Assembly (NCBI GenBank): GCA_024137785.1
Contig: JAHRHZ010000144.1
Location: forward strand, 19,792,482-19,856,481
Direction of reading: 5' to 3'
Length of the DNA stretch: 64,000 bases
Source: Ginglymostoma cirratum
Taxonomy: Eukaryota
Positions 38,936-52,779 of the stretch are shown piece by piece. Position 1 is the first letter of the stretch. Each line of letters starts with the position of its first letter. The position numbers and the translations under genes were made by a program. The notes beneath the pieces are model-generated. The model was not told the origin of the DNA, ran no database searches, and saw only the letters and a program-made list of their open reading frames with translations.

Positions 38936-39123
38936 AATTCCTTGGAGGGCATCACAGATAACCATGATCAGATAAAGTTGGAAATAGATTAGGGAGTGAC
39001 AATACGTTCAAAGATTTTAAAAGTTGAGTAAATTAAATTATTAACTATATTATGCATAAAATCTTCAAGTACATTCAGCAGAAATTGGCGAAGCTGAAAC
39101 ATGTAAGTGCCATATTCACTTAC

Positions 39124-39235
39124 TTGCAAAGGCCTATACAAGGCATATTCATCCCTGAAGAGCTGATCATGATGGGTTACACAGTCAAACCATCGCCCAT
39201 CCACTAATGCCTGACCAATGGCAATTGCCTGAGCT
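39124..39235 (-). CDS. PIKFYVE: PIKFYVE exon, DEP domain part 2 (AQAIAIGQALVDGRWFDC...YRPLQ)
   Basis: Acceptor ttttag, donor CAA|GTAAGT; 112 nt, phase 2-0. Confidence 0.95.
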
Positions 39236-39419
39236 CTAAAAAGAACAGATAGTGGATGAAGTAGATGATCTGGTCACATTCAAATTCACAAAAATAAACT
39301 TCCAAAGTACTGCAGAGTAGTGGCCACGTTTGCACTCAAAATCCCAAGACACCAAGGTAAATTCATTTTCATGCACAACCAGTTCAGAGAAAAGTCACTT
39401 CTGTAAAGATATTTGCTAA

Positions 39420-39620
39420 AGAGCCTATTCTGAGATGTTGTCACACACCTCTGGAGCAGGAAGAACTTGAACCAAGGCCTTCTAATTCAGAGGTAGGGCC
39501 ACTACCACTGCACCACAAGAACCCCATTCGACTCCTAAAAGATATTTTTAATCAACTTCTGGAGCAGGTGGGACATGAACCCGGGCCTCCTGGATCCGGC
39601 CACTGTGCCACAAGAGCCCT
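39420..39620 (-). mobile_element. Two tandem short tRNA-head SINE fragments
   Basis: ctggagcagg...gaacc...accactgcaccacaaga occurs twice; similar copies at 3800-3905 (-) and 50860-50970 (+). Confidence 0.55.
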
Positions 39621-40711
39621 TAAACACTCCTGTAAAGTTCATTTCAACCTTCTCTTGCAGTACTTGTTGCTTATCAGTCTTGTGCCAGTATTTTGCCTTA
39701 GATGGTGTTGACCAAATGCTTTGGGCTGTATTCACAGGCAACCCAACTCCGAGAAGACTCAATCCCGACGAGATGGGGTTTAATTTAGGCTGAGTAGTAA
39801 TGACTTAAAATAATACATGACTAGGAGCACGAAGTAGGGAAACTTTAGCTTTATGGAACAGTACATATTGCCGGAACTGCAAACTGCCTATCTCTAGTTT
39901 GAGAAGTCACGAAGGATAGATAGCAAAAAGCTAGGGCTTGCAGCATCTGTACTCTCTTATCTTCACTGCATTCCGCTTCAATTAAATATATGTGCGGTTG
40001 CCTAAGTAACAACCTTGCCTTTCCAAAACACAGTACAATTGCAGTTTGTTTTAACTTGTTTGTACCACTGCATAAATTCTGCTTCTTTGTTGTGGAGTCT
40101 TCAGACGTGATTTTTTGTCAGATTTGACTCTGTGACATCACGAATAAAATCTCTTTGCCTCAAAGTCTGGGCCTTTTGTGTGTGATTTAATCTAGTCTCT
40201 TCGACACCCTCAAGCCTGCTCCACCATTTGATAAAATCAAGGCTGATCCGATTGCCTTCAGTTCACTATTTTATTAGGCATGACGTATTGCTGTGCATTC
40301 ACTTCTGTTAATTTTTAATAGGGTTTTCTTTCAATTTATGTTTTCAGTTCCAATTGTTCCCTTGCCGTCAATATCCTCCATTTAATCATTTTTCCTCCTT
40401 GATAAAGATGCCACGACTGGAAGCCCTTAGACGGACAGTGTTTTAGGACATTTTCTTCTGAAAAGGAGGAAACAAGGAAAAGATTCCAATCGCAAAACAA
40501 CAGCTAAGATTTTTTTAGTAACTAATAACCCAGTCACTATCATAAACTCTTTGTTAAACATGCTATTTAATGTTGATAATTTGACCTTTGAGATGTCAGC
40601 AGAGCTTGAAATTGACCTTACATTCACATTAATTGCTCATTTCCTTACTGGCTCATTTACATGTATGAGAGTTGCACTTCAGAATGTCTCAATTTCAACT
40701 ATGAAGATTAC

Positions 40712-40869
40712 CGTGTCGTAACATGTCCATTTCTAATCAACCAGTTCACCAGTTCCTTTCCTACAATGCAATTAGGATAAGTTCGCAACCAGTATCGATG
40801 ATCCTGAAACTCCATGCCAGTGCTGTGATGGCAAATTTTCTTCCACAGGTCTTTGAGTTGCACAGAGTC
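40712..40869 (-). CDS. PIKFYVE: PIKFYVE exon, DEP domain part 1 (DSVQLKDLWKKIC...LVNWLIRNGHVTT)
   Basis: Acceptor gttttag, donor CG|GTAATC; 158 nt, phase 0-2. Confidence 0.95.
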
Positions 40870-42267
40870 CTAAAACAGAAATTAGAAATTCAAGATGAAT
40901 TTTGAAAAAAGACAAAAATATTTTAAATGTAATTTCATGTTAGAGTGGATTATGTACATCAATTGAAAAAAGAAAAAAAAATCTAACATTTTTCATGAGC
41001 ACCAGATTCAATAAAATACTTTTGAAGGGTCACTAATGTTGTAACAGAAATGCAGAAGTCAATCTGCACACAGCAAGGTTTCAAAAAACCTACTGTTTTT
41101 TGTGACGCTGATTGAGGGATAATTATTGGCCATGGCATGTTTTACATCCACCTACAAAGGTAGACTAATCCTTAGTTTAATGGATCATCCAAAAGAAAGC
41201 ATTCCTGATAGTGTAGTGCTGCTGCCTAAGTTCTGTAAAGAAGTGTCAAGTGTGATTGGCATGTCCAAGACCTAAGGCTAGACGTTATGTGCCTCAGCCA
41301 GATATTTTCTGGACACGACAGCATATAAAATAGGTCAGATACTTAGCCCACCACATTTCCATGCACCCTTGATCTGGCCTCTTCATAAAATAGGTGTGAA
41401 AATTGGCATACACTCTTCATATGCAAATAAATGTTGAGATCAATTGGCCCGATAATACATTATCAATCCCAAACTACAGCTGGCATGGGCAGCCAGGCAT
41501 GAGGAAGGAAGCTATTTATCTCATGGCCAGCATAAACAAAGTTAGCATGGGGTGGGTGTACCTCATCTGGGGTTGCTGTGTGAATATTCCTCCTAAAATA
41601 CTACTCCATTCTTCCTTTTGTGCCACCTGCTTGGCAGAAACTGGCCACCTAACCTCCAACCTTTGTCTCTAGGATCCCTCCCCACTATAAAATACTGGCA
41701 CCTACCTTCTAAGGGCAGTCATAATCTAATTCTCAGGCCTGTTTCTGCAGTCACTGCCAGGGAAGATGGAGCCATCTGTCCATCAAATTGGTTGCCAACT
41801 CCTAAGGCCAGGATTAACTGTTTGAAGTGAGGACAGAGGATTCTTTTTAGTTTTCTGGCTCACCATTGACTTTCCCTTTGAACAGTCTGCAACCCTGAAT
41901 TTTCTGCACCTGGAGTTGGACCCGAACTCACTGAGAATCAGGATTGCTAAGAACCGAGCTATGGGCTGAATTACAAAATCATTGTCAAACAAAGCAAGTT
42001 AATTAAAATTTTGGACTGCAGAACACAATAAATAGTGCTCAATAACCATCCAGTTTTGAGATTGACGTGAAGGGATGTTATTGACAGAAATCAATATGAA
42101 ACACATGGTAAAGTAACACAATTACATTTGAGCGTATCGGGGATGAAAGAGACAGACAAAATCAAGTAAAACCATGTACCACAGTAATTTGCATTATACT
42201 ACTGCACACATGCAACATTTTGCCTCTTACATGTTGTCTAACCTCCAGAAACCACTAAAATAAGTAC

Positions 42268-42406
42268 CAGAAGAATTTTTCTTTCATCTTCATTGGGGTC
42301 AGTTTTAACATATGCCCGAGAGGCTTGAGGACTGATCGAGCTGTCATATGAAGGAACCATGGGTGAAGCTGACCGGTCCAAAGAAAGATTGGTGATGCTT
42401 ACAGAC
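42268..42406 (-). CDS. PIKFYVE: PIKFYVE exon (RSVSITNLSLDRSASPMVPSY...EDERKILL)
   Basis: Acceptor taacag, donor CTG|GTACTT; 139 nt, phase 2-0. Confidence 0.93.
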
Positions 42407-43138
42407 CTGTTATGCAGAGGAGAGTAAAATCACATAAACAAAACTGCTAAGGCTGGTAAATCTATCCATCACAGTTAAACTATATAGACCTAAGCCAATA
42501 GCGGAGATACCTAACATCCTTACTAGATTTGATAACACGTTGCTTTTGGCAACTATCTTTTTCTCTCAAGTATCAATTTTGAAGCAACTTTAATTCATTT
42601 CTCTGTGAAGCAAGCCGTCAGGATACTTCGTGTAATAGTACGTTCAAGAATACGGGGTGGGTCTTTTGATCAAGATAAAACAACTATATTGAAAACATCA
42701 AAAAGCAATTTCCTTTAGCACTGCATCAAACCAGTAATATTTGAACAAGTACTGGGGTTTCTTCAAAGAAGTCGTTTCACCGAATAGGAAAGCAAACTAA
42801 CATTTTTGAGATAGCATAAGACAAAGAGATCTTAAATGTTTTCTAATCAATTACTTTATCTTAAGGGACAATAATATAAAATATAAAAGACATAAAAGAC
42901 AAGGTAGCTATACATTCCAGAATATGCTGCAAAGACTACTCATTCTGTGGAGAACAAAGATTTTAGTTTGCAAAGTTCATCCTTGTAAAACAAGTTTAAC
43001 ACATGGTATTGTTTTGTACTATGAGTTTAAATGAACAATAATTCTAAGGTCAAGCCTATTATTGCAGGTGAAGTCCTATTGAATTGATCAGAACCTGGAG
43101 ATCATTCCCCAATGAAAACCAACTTCTTTTTTTATTAA

Positions 43139-43367
43139 GCGTGGGGTTAGATAGCTCAGTTGGCTGGATGGCTGGTTTGCATGCAGAGTTTGTCCAACAC
43201 CTTAGGTTCAATTCTTATACTGGCTGAGGTCACAATGAAGGCTTTGCCTTCTCATTCTCACAACTTGCCTGAAGTGTGGTGATCTCCAGGTTAAATTCAC
43301 CACCTGTCATTGCCCTCTAGTGAGAGAGCAGCCTATGGACCTCTGGGATTATGGCAAATTTCACTTT
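43139..43367 (+). mobile_element. tRNA-derived SINE
   Basis: tagctcagttgg A box, ggttcaattc B box, ends in tttcacttt. Confidence 0.65.
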
Positions 43368-44343
43368 CAGAATTAAAAGGGTCACAACATGCAAAGGCTT
43401 AAACACTTGTGAAGCAGCAAATTCAAGAGGTGGTTTTTACTGCTACCACATTGAGGCATCTTGCACATCAGCTGAGAGGGCAAATTCTGCCTTAAAAAGA
43501 GCTCAACTGCAAAGCAGGCAGAAGGCCCTTACACTGTAAAATGCTGTTGGAAAATAGTAATAGAAGAATGCAACATGTAGACTTTCAAATCTTCAAAGTC
43601 AGAATGGTCATAGCTACTTTGAACTGAGTGGGTTGGTGCACAGATCAAGTAAATGGTCAAACCAATTAATCAAGATGTATATTTATCAATATGGTTTCAA
43701 AAACTCTGGCTCATGCGAAGTCATCACCATATTTAAAAAAAAGTCAAGAAAAACCTGTAATTTGTTTAATCAAAAGGAAGAAAGTTCATACAGAAGTCTG
43801 TGTAATATATCATAGCAATGTGAAATATGAACGAAGACTTAAAAAAGGGGAGAAACAGATGGTCTAAGTAGATACAAAATCTGACAATTAAATACCTGAA
43901 ATAGAACAGTTGATACTAAAATGTTTTGATCTTTCCCTCCCATCCTGCTGTACCTTCTTTATTCTTCAAACAAAAACTTCAACAGAACTGATAATTCAAT
44001 GTTGATTTAACACTAATGATAGTACATTTCTCTATTGATCGTACAATTTCAATAATGCAAGACTAGCATATTTGTCACATTTTCAAAATGCTTAAAACAT
44101 TTATACAATTTTAAAATATAGAATACTGTTTCTTTTTTTAAAAAGAGTGCCCTAATCAATAATAGAAAAATTAACATTGCAGCTTCATTTCTATGTTTGT
44201 TCCTCCAAAAATCGACTTGTTAGCTATATGTCAAAAATGTATCTGATGAGATGAAATCCCTAACATTTAATGTTGAGTTAAAAAAAGTTCACATACAATG
44301 TAAAAAATGATGGCAAAAATAAGAGTATTCCTTTTAAACAAAC

Positions 44344-44430
44344 CTTTTTCGTGCTGGTGACTTTCCTACATCCTCCTGAACAGTTGGGAGACGTGTTGTC
44401 AAATTACTCTGAGAATCCTGGTGACCCAAG
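44344..44430 (-). CDS. PIKFYVE: PIKFYVE exon (SLGHQDSQ...VQEDVGKSPARK)
   Basis: Acceptor caatcag, donor AG|GTTTGT; 87 nt, phase 2-2; not in the ORF track, translated by hand. Confidence 0.9.
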
Positions 44431-47169
44431 CTGATTGAAAGAAAAAGATAACATCATCAATTCCAAAATTAAATGTTGGCTGTCCTAGCTTAACAACCAA
44501 GTTAAAATTTAGCAAGTGCATCACACGTGCCTGAACGATCAAAAACAGCAGGTCCTAATGCACTCATTCCATAACTGTTTCAAACTCCACTGATGTCTCC
44601 AGCGAAATTTTCAATATTAAATAGCCCATTATCACAAACAGTAATTTACTTTTGTTATCAAACTATTACAAGATCCGTTTGAAAAGAGTATAATAATGAC
44701 TGGCGTATCAACTACTGAAAAATCTTAGCTGCTGTTTTGTAATTGCAATTTTTTCCTCTTTCTTGATCCCTCCTTTCAGAAGAAATTGCTAATGTACTAT
44801 CCAAACATCTTCTAGTCATGGCATCTTGATATTTCTTTTCCTTGTCCCTTGGGTGTGGGTTTCGCTAGCCCATCACAAATGGACCTTAAACTTAGTAGCT
44901 TGCTACACCACTTCAGAGGGCAGCGGACAGTCAACCAGATTGATTACAGAGTCACATGTGGGCGAGTCAGGGCAAGGACAGCAAATTTCCTTCTTGAAAG
45001 GGCATCAGCTGGGAATAACTCAAGTGAAAGGAAATCCTATTGAAAAGGAGTTAAAATGTCTGCACAACAATGTATGCCGTCAAAAAATAAGGGAATTGGA
45101 GCTATAGCATCATGTGGAACTATATACTCTAGGGATTATGGAGACATGCTACAGAAAATTCAGGACTGGGAATTACAATTTACGTTAAGATATTTAGAAA
45201 AAAAAGGGGGTGAAGGTATAGTGATGTAACTGCACTTAGAAGAGATAACTCAATGGCAGTAGATAAAATATGACACCGTTATCAGCAAGACCAAAGCAGA
45301 ATCTCAGTGGCTGAACACTAAGATAACAAGGAATCAGATCAATTGGAATAGTTTATATACTGCATAATAGTGGAGAGGGTGTGGTAAAGGAGGAAATATG
45401 CACTTTGGAAAATTGAGCAAAAAGGTATCGAATAATCAAGGATTTCAATTACCCTAACATTAATTGCATAGAGGATGCAGGCAAAGGGGATAAAGGGAAT
45501 GAAGTTCATACAACGTGTATAGAACTCCTTTGTAACCCAATACGCGCAAAGGCCAACAAAAGAAGATTTGCTTTTGGTTCATTGCTCATTTTGAGATCCA
45601 AAGTACGAAAGTAAAAGATGGAGAACATTTAGGAAATAGTGGTCATCATACAATCTGCTTTAAGATGATAAATAGAGACAAGCCAATGACAGAAACAACA
45701 GGAACAGATTTATGAAACACTGATTCCAGAGTCTCAGACTTTTGGGGAAATAAATGGGCAATGAAGAGAGACTGAGTAGCCTATTCCTGCTTCTAATTCC
45801 AATGTTGGTATTTATTTGCAAATAACAATGTAGAGCAACAATGGATACAACTAAAAGCTATGTTCAAGTGAATGCAGGAAAAACACATTCTGCTAAATAA
45901 AAAGCAGAAATTAACGATTAGTAATTGGGTGAATGAACAATTGAGGTTTAGGAGGGTGGCTGGTGCAGGACTTTTGGTGAGGTGGCGACCTAGCCTGACA
46001 GCACAGCCAGGCACTCCTGGTTGTGGTAGGCCCAGAGCAGGGACTCCTGGTCATCAGCAAAGCAGTGACCACAGCTCCTAGTTGTGGTAGGCCCGGAGCC
46101 AGGAACTCCTGATTATCAGTGAGGCGGCGGTGGCGGCAGCAGCAGCAGTCAGGGGGGCTCCTGGTTGCGGGTCCAGCATGGGACCTGGCATTGGTACCCT
46201 GTCAGCAAGGTGGGCCCAATGGTTAAGAGATGGCACCTGAAGAATAGCAACTCCATCATTGGTGTATACATCAGTGGGGTGGCTCAGCAGTTGTCCTTCG
46301 TCAGCCAGCTCATGGCTCGCGATGGAGGTGGCAGAACAAAGATGGACATTCTTTCAGCTATATTCTTTTATTCTTAAACTATTTAAAATGGCACCAGATT
46401 ATGGTGACAGTCGAAGCTTTACACTATTTTACTGTGTTGACCATTCTAGAGTACAAGTGACGAATCGATCACATTTCCCCAACACCAGTTCCTTACAAAT
46501 ACCCAATTTCCTTTAGTTCCTCTCACCACACCCTGTATTCCGCAAACATTTTGGACATTTGAGTCCTTCTTTGAGAAAACAGAACCAAAATATGTATTGA
46601 ATTAGTCAGTCATCTCTTTGCTCCCCATGAAACTTCCCCTGCTTGTTTCTGACTGACCTACATTTTTCTTAACTTATCATTTTTACTCTCACAGACCTTT
46701 AGAAGCTTTTACAACCGATTTGTACGTTTTACTCAGTATTCCAATAACCAAGTCATTCATGTACGTCATGAAAAAGCAATCCAAGCACTGCTCCTTGTGG
46801 AAAATGACTTAAATCTGAAGTACACCTTTCCTCAAGTTTGTTAATCAGCCTTTTAAGTGATATTCACCAAAAGCTCTCTTGCAATCTATACATACAACCA
46901 CTGTATTCCTTTCATTAGCCTTATCTGTAACTCAAGTAAAAGCCCAACTCGACTGTGTTTGATCAATCTCCCTTCCACAAATCTGTGCTCGGTCTTGTTC
47001 ATTAACTCAAACTTTTCAAGTTTCGCAATTTTTTCTCCAAAATCTTAGTCACCACAGAAGTGACCTTTGCCCATTCAGCTATTCATGAAGCCTCAGACTA
47101 AGTAACAAAAGTGAGAAAGTTCTGATTTACTGAAATCATGAGTTTGTGATCCTATCATTAGCTTTCTTA

Positions 47170-49110
47170 AAATTAAAAACGAAGGAATCATCGATGCGGT
47201 GGCAACCCTATTATAGTGCCTGGCAGGGCAGCAATGTCATCAGCAAAGCTCAAATCTATAAATGGACAGCCATTGGTTCAATTAATCCCAGAAAGCCCTT
47301 TGTTGAGTTCCTTAATACCCACTCAATGGTGGCAACAAACAGAAGATGAGAAAGGATGCAACTTTGCCTGATGTCATTCAGCACATGGAACCAGTCACTA
47401 ACATCCTGTGTTTTTACACAGCATTTGAAATTCTCCACAGACCTTCCGAAGAGCTGCAATCATCCTCGGTTGAAGACTGATGTAGGAAATCCAAGGCTTT
47501 AGTGAAATCAATTAAACTAACTGCAAAGGATCCTGATATTCTGGGTAGTTCCAAACAATCCACATAGTGCAAAAATCTGCTCAGAGTGAAGGCACTTTGG
47601 TCCAAATTCTGCATACTCTTCTAATTTTCACCATCCACTGTGCTGCGAATAAGGTCAAGGATCAAAGCAGCACACTTTAAATTGGTATTGATAAGACAGT
47701 GACTGCCTTCCAATACTGATGAGAGTTGATGGTCTGAAATTATTGAACTCAAATAACGAACGCTGAAGGCTCTGATGTTCTTAAATGGAAACTAAGCATT
47801 TTGAGCTTCACTGAAACACTGCAACAGGCCTTGGAGAGACCCTCTCACACAGGAGCCAGATGGTGTATTGAAATGGCAAGTGACTGGAAGTTCAGAGTCA
47901 TGCTTATGGCTGCAGTGCAAGTGTTCTACAAACCAGCTACCCAGTCTATGTTTGGTCTCCACATCATACAGACTGCATTCTGAGCAGCAGACACTTACAA
48001 TTAGGTTGCTTTTTGCAGATACAGATGAGAGACCACAACACCAGTGCCCAGACCTGGTTACAAAGTATACATAGTCACCGAACAGTTGCTTCTCTGCTCG
48101 TCTTGAGCATTTCAGGACATTTGTTGTTCTTGAGCGAAGTACTGGTCTTTGTCATCTCATTTTCACTAAGTCTTTCTACATTTATTGGAAGCTCAATTGT
48201 GAGCTTATTGACTTGGGCTGAATTGGCCAGAGTAGATTTATTAAAGGCTTCCTCAAAGTGTTCTGCCAACAATGATGTTGTCTCCAGCTTTCAAGAAGAG
48301 TGTGCCATCTTGACAGTAATCAATGCCAACCTTATTTTTAAGTTCCCTGCAACATTCTTTCTAATTTGAAACAGTGATCTAAGGTCATTGCAAACAGCTA
48401 GGCCTCCTGATTCCTGTGCTTGTTTGTTGATCCATTTTCTCATGTCTTTTTCAGCACTCCTTTTCACCTCCCTTTAATTATATAAGCCTGATAAAAGGCA
48501 TTGCTTCCAGTTTTGCTTGTCTTGAAGTACCTTCATTTCTACTATAAAAGGTCCATATTTGGTCAGTGACCCAGGCTTCATTCAGAGATGCTTGATATCC
48601 AGATATCTTTTAGCCCTGCTACTTTTAATTCCTCTTACCTACACATCACATCTAGGTAAGCCGAAAATCATCTTTAGTTTCAAATGACGTTGACCTACTA
48701 ATATCAAATCTGTTCACAGTCTTCGGTTCTTTCATCTCTTCAGCTTGGTCTTGATCTTTACTATTATCAAATGGTAATCACTAAACAAGTTTATTCCTTT
48801 CTGCACTTTAATACTATGCAAACAAGCAGTTCTCCAACTTGGGACCATAGTTAACTGGTTAATTTGTGTTAGAGTTCTGTGGTCATTGAAAGTCCATGTA
48901 ATTTTGTAAATGTCTTTATGAGTGAAGAATGAGGACCCAATCCTGAGATTATGTATTGCAAAATAACTGTATAACGCTTTCTACCATGTGAGTATCTTCT
49001 AAATCTACAGGTGGGGAGGTGTGTGCGTGCATGCGTTCTAACAATGTTCAAAACCAGATCAGTCCTCACCCATTTGTGAATCCATGTGAGCCATGACTTC
49101 AGTAATGTCA
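47170..49110 (-). mobile_element. Decayed RTE-like non-LTR retrotransposon
   Basis: Remnant peptides LIDFTKALDFL, DIRQSCILSHLLF (GVRQGCILSP-like) and AEHFEEAFN. Confidence 0.6.
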
Positions 49111-50039
49111 CCTATCAGCAATCAGGCCAAGAATGGGTCACCATAAACACAAAAAAAAAAGGATGACAGGAAACCACTCAACAACAGACATTTATATCGG
49201 AGCAAAGTTGACATCACAGAGGACTTCTCCTGTCCAGGCAGTTCCACTAATATGCAGGGAGCCAGAGACAAAGAGTTCAATAGGAGAATAGTCAAAATAT
49301 CAGATTTCAACCTACTGAAAGATTTGAAACAGTTAAAAGGTTTTCCATTAAAACAAGCTGTACAATGCAAATATAATCTCTGCTCTGCTGTGGTTCTAAA
49401 CTGCAAACACGCTCTTTGCTCTATCGTATGGTTGTGAAATTTAGAACGTGAAAAACTGTCAAGAATGAAACTGGATACCATCATACCAGATTCCTTCAAA
49501 AATTTGAGGCAGATACTTACGGGATCCCAAAAACAAAAAAGTTGTTCAAACTAGTCTGCAGCTTCTTACGTCACCTGCAAAAGATCGCTCGGCTGATTTG
49601 GCCATGTCACTCCATTTTCTATACTGTAGCCCACACAGCAGGTTCCTACCAGATTTGGGAGAAAAGGTGTCCCAAGATGAACTGGATGTGTCAGATTGTC
49701 AGTAGAGACCTCCAGCTGAACACAAGGGTCTGGAGCGACACAAGAACTTTAATTGAGGACACGACAGAAGAACATCTATTTTCTGCCTCAGACACAGGAA
49801 CTGCTAAGTCTACATAAGTATTTCAAGAGGAAACGATTGGCATAAAGTTTGGAATATGATATTTCATGGCTCCCGTTTGCGCAAACATAAAAAAACAGAA
49901 TGACATTACAACAATTTTCACTATTAGGTCAGATTCTATTCTCAGTAGTGAAGGAACGACTTTTGTTGTTCGTGTTGCTGTTAACTGGCCAGATGTTTTA
50001 CAATTTTGTCAGAGATCAAAACTGAAAATTTGCCATCTA

Positions 50040-50420
50040 GAACACAGAACATAGAACAGTACAGCACAGTACAGGCCCTTTCGGCCCACAATGTTGTGCC
50101 GAACTTTTACCTGAAACCCAAGGTCTATCTAACCTCCACCGCTACCTTATACTATCATCCATATGCCTATCTAATAGCCGCTTAAATACCCCTAATGAGG
50201 CCAACCCCACTACGCTCTCCGGCAAGGCATTCCACACCCCTACCACTCGGAGTAAAGAACCTACCTCTGACGTCTCCCCGATATCTACCTCCTTTCACTT
50301 TAAAACCATGTCCCCTCCTAAAAGCTACCTCCACCCGAGGAAAAAGTCTCTGGCTGTCTATTCTGTCTATACCTCTGATCATTTTGTACACCTCTAAAAA
50401 GTCCCCTCTCATCCTTCTGT
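50040..50420 (-). mobile_element. CR1-type LINE 3' end, relatively well preserved
   Basis: MRGDFLEVYKMIRGIDRIDSQRLFPR...RGRFF; agaacatagaac tail. Confidence 0.88.
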
Positions 50421-51639
50421 TTCAATATGATGCCTTCTACATGAAGGCTGTGGCACTTTTAAAGAGGGCATGAAACAACCACCCTCTGATCAAATCAGAC
50501 TCATGAGACAGAGTCCAGATGAAGAAAATCCAAATTAGGAAATATAAAATTTGCGTTAAAATTGTGCACATAAAACTAAATAACAAATAGAAATTAGATT
50601 GAGAGAGAATAAAAGACAGATGAAGGCCTTTTTCTCTCACCTCTTTAACAGTAACTTTGAGGAAATGAAAATCCACATTTGTAAAGATTATTTGAATTGT
50701 GAGCTAGGTTACTCATCAATTATCATTTACCATATTATTAATACTCCACACTTCAATGCAACAGCTCTCATGTTTTCAGCTGTTTTACAAAACTAGTGGG
50801 CAAGCATCCAAGGTTCATGCATTTGATATTGAATTCAACATCAAGACTATCGAGGACGGCTCTGGTCAGGGTCAGAGTCAGAGTGTTCCTACCTCTGAGT
50901 CAAGGGGCCCAGGTTCAAGTTCCACCTGCTCCAGACGTGTGTAATAACATCTCTGAACAGATTTATTAGAAACTATTATCAAGGCTATTGGCAAGGATCA
51001 CAACAGCACACCTTCAAAGGAGGAAAGAGATATTTGGCAGCAACCATTACATTCTCGGATCTAATTGCTTCTCTCTAAATACCAAAAATTGCTGTCAGAT
51101 TTACCCCGTATTAAACATCAAGCACCGATGATTTCATTATTATTACAACAAAATCTAGGTCTTTAAGTTCGGCAAGCCTTTAATCTACCAATACTTATGA
51201 ACAATAGAATTGTTGGTGCATCATATCCCATTGAATCAAGATCATTGTGTTGGTATAAATACATGAAATCCCTCCAATTTCCGATTGTAAATCTTTAAAG
51301 CATTTTTTTAATGTCAGTAGTGGGCCAACAGGTTGTTAGAAAACCCTGACTGATCAGTTTAGTCTCTCAAGTGCTAAGTTGCAATCTGAAGTATTGCAGC
51401 CTGTCAGATCTGGCCATCTACTTTAATCAGAAGTTCTTATCTATGTGGGACTTTGACAGAGGTTGATTTTGACGGTTGTTGATCGCACTCTGACTCTACA
51501 CTAATCAGTCAGTTAACCTCTGACTCTACACTAATCTTCTGAATTACCCATGATGAGAAAAATTGGGAAAAGCATTCAACATTTTCTACGATGGGACTGA
51601 AAAGTATTTCAAAAATTGCAGTTTCTGGAGTTTTCCATT

Positions 51640-52740
51640 TTACATACGAACAAGGAACAATAGGCCACTCAACCCTTCCAGCCTGTTCTGTCATTCAAAA
51701 AAACTCATGGCTAATCTGGTGTTATTCTCATTTCTATACTCCTACATATATCCAATAATCTTTCATGCCCTTGATAATCAAGAATCTACATCTGCCTTAA
51801 AAATATGTAAAGATTTAGCATGCACTGGTTTTTGAGAAAGAGAATTGTAAAGACTGTCAACCCTCAAAAATGTTTCCTCATCTCAGTTTTAAATGTTTTA
51901 ATTTATTTTTAAACAATGCCCCCTAGTTCTATATTCTTCCACAACAGCGAATATGCTTTCTAAGTCCACCTAGTCAGGTCCCCTCAGGATCTTGTATGTT
52001 TCAATTAAGTCACCTCTGACTGTTCTAAACTCAAGAGGATACAGACTAGCCTGTTTAGCCTTTCCTCAGAAGACAATCTGTTCATTCCAAGTGTTAGTCT
52101 AGTAAACCTCTGAACTGCTTGCAAACATCAACATCCTTCCATAAAGTATGGTCACCTGTACTGTACACACTACTCCAGATGAGGTCTCACCAATGCCCTG
52201 TATAACTAAAGCGTAACCCTCCTTCTCTTGCATTCAATTCCACTCACAATAAACCATAACACTATCAGCTTTTCTGATTACCTGCTGTATATGAATACGA
52301 ACCTTCTATGATTCACATACCAGGACATGCAGATCTCTCTGCATCCTCTCACTATTTAGATAAGCTTTGTCATTCTTCCTGTCAAAATGAACAACTTCAC
52401 ACTTTTCTGCATTGTACTCCATTTACCAGATCTTTACCCACTCGCTTGTCTGTATCACTTTATAGGCTCTACGTCCTGTTCACAACTCAATTTCCTACTT
52501 AATCTTTGTGTCATCAGTAAATGTTGCTACCATACCATCGATCCTTCATCCAAATCATTTATATAAAGTGTAAAGAGTTGAGGCCCCAGCACTGACCCCT
52601 GTGGGACCACACTCGTGATATCCTACCAGGCTGAAAAAGACCCACTTCTGCCAACTTTCTACTTCCTGCTACCCAGCCAATATGTCACCCCCTACATTTT
52701 GAGCTTTTACTTTCCACAACAACCTTTCATGTGGCACCTA
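51640..52740 (-). mobile_element. CR1-type LINE 3' fragment
   Basis: CR1-like sequence (ggccccagcactgacccctgtgggaccac = GVPQGSVLG on the minus strand). Confidence 0.75.
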
Positions 52741-52779
52741 ATGAAATCAAATTTTTAAAAATGAGTTTTGGGCAGCTCC

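Noticed and set aside
51488-51536. 19-bp direct repeat (ctctgactctacactaatc x2) as CRISPR-like or a TSD
   Set aside because: There are only two units in eukaryotic DNA; it is most simply a small tandem duplication.
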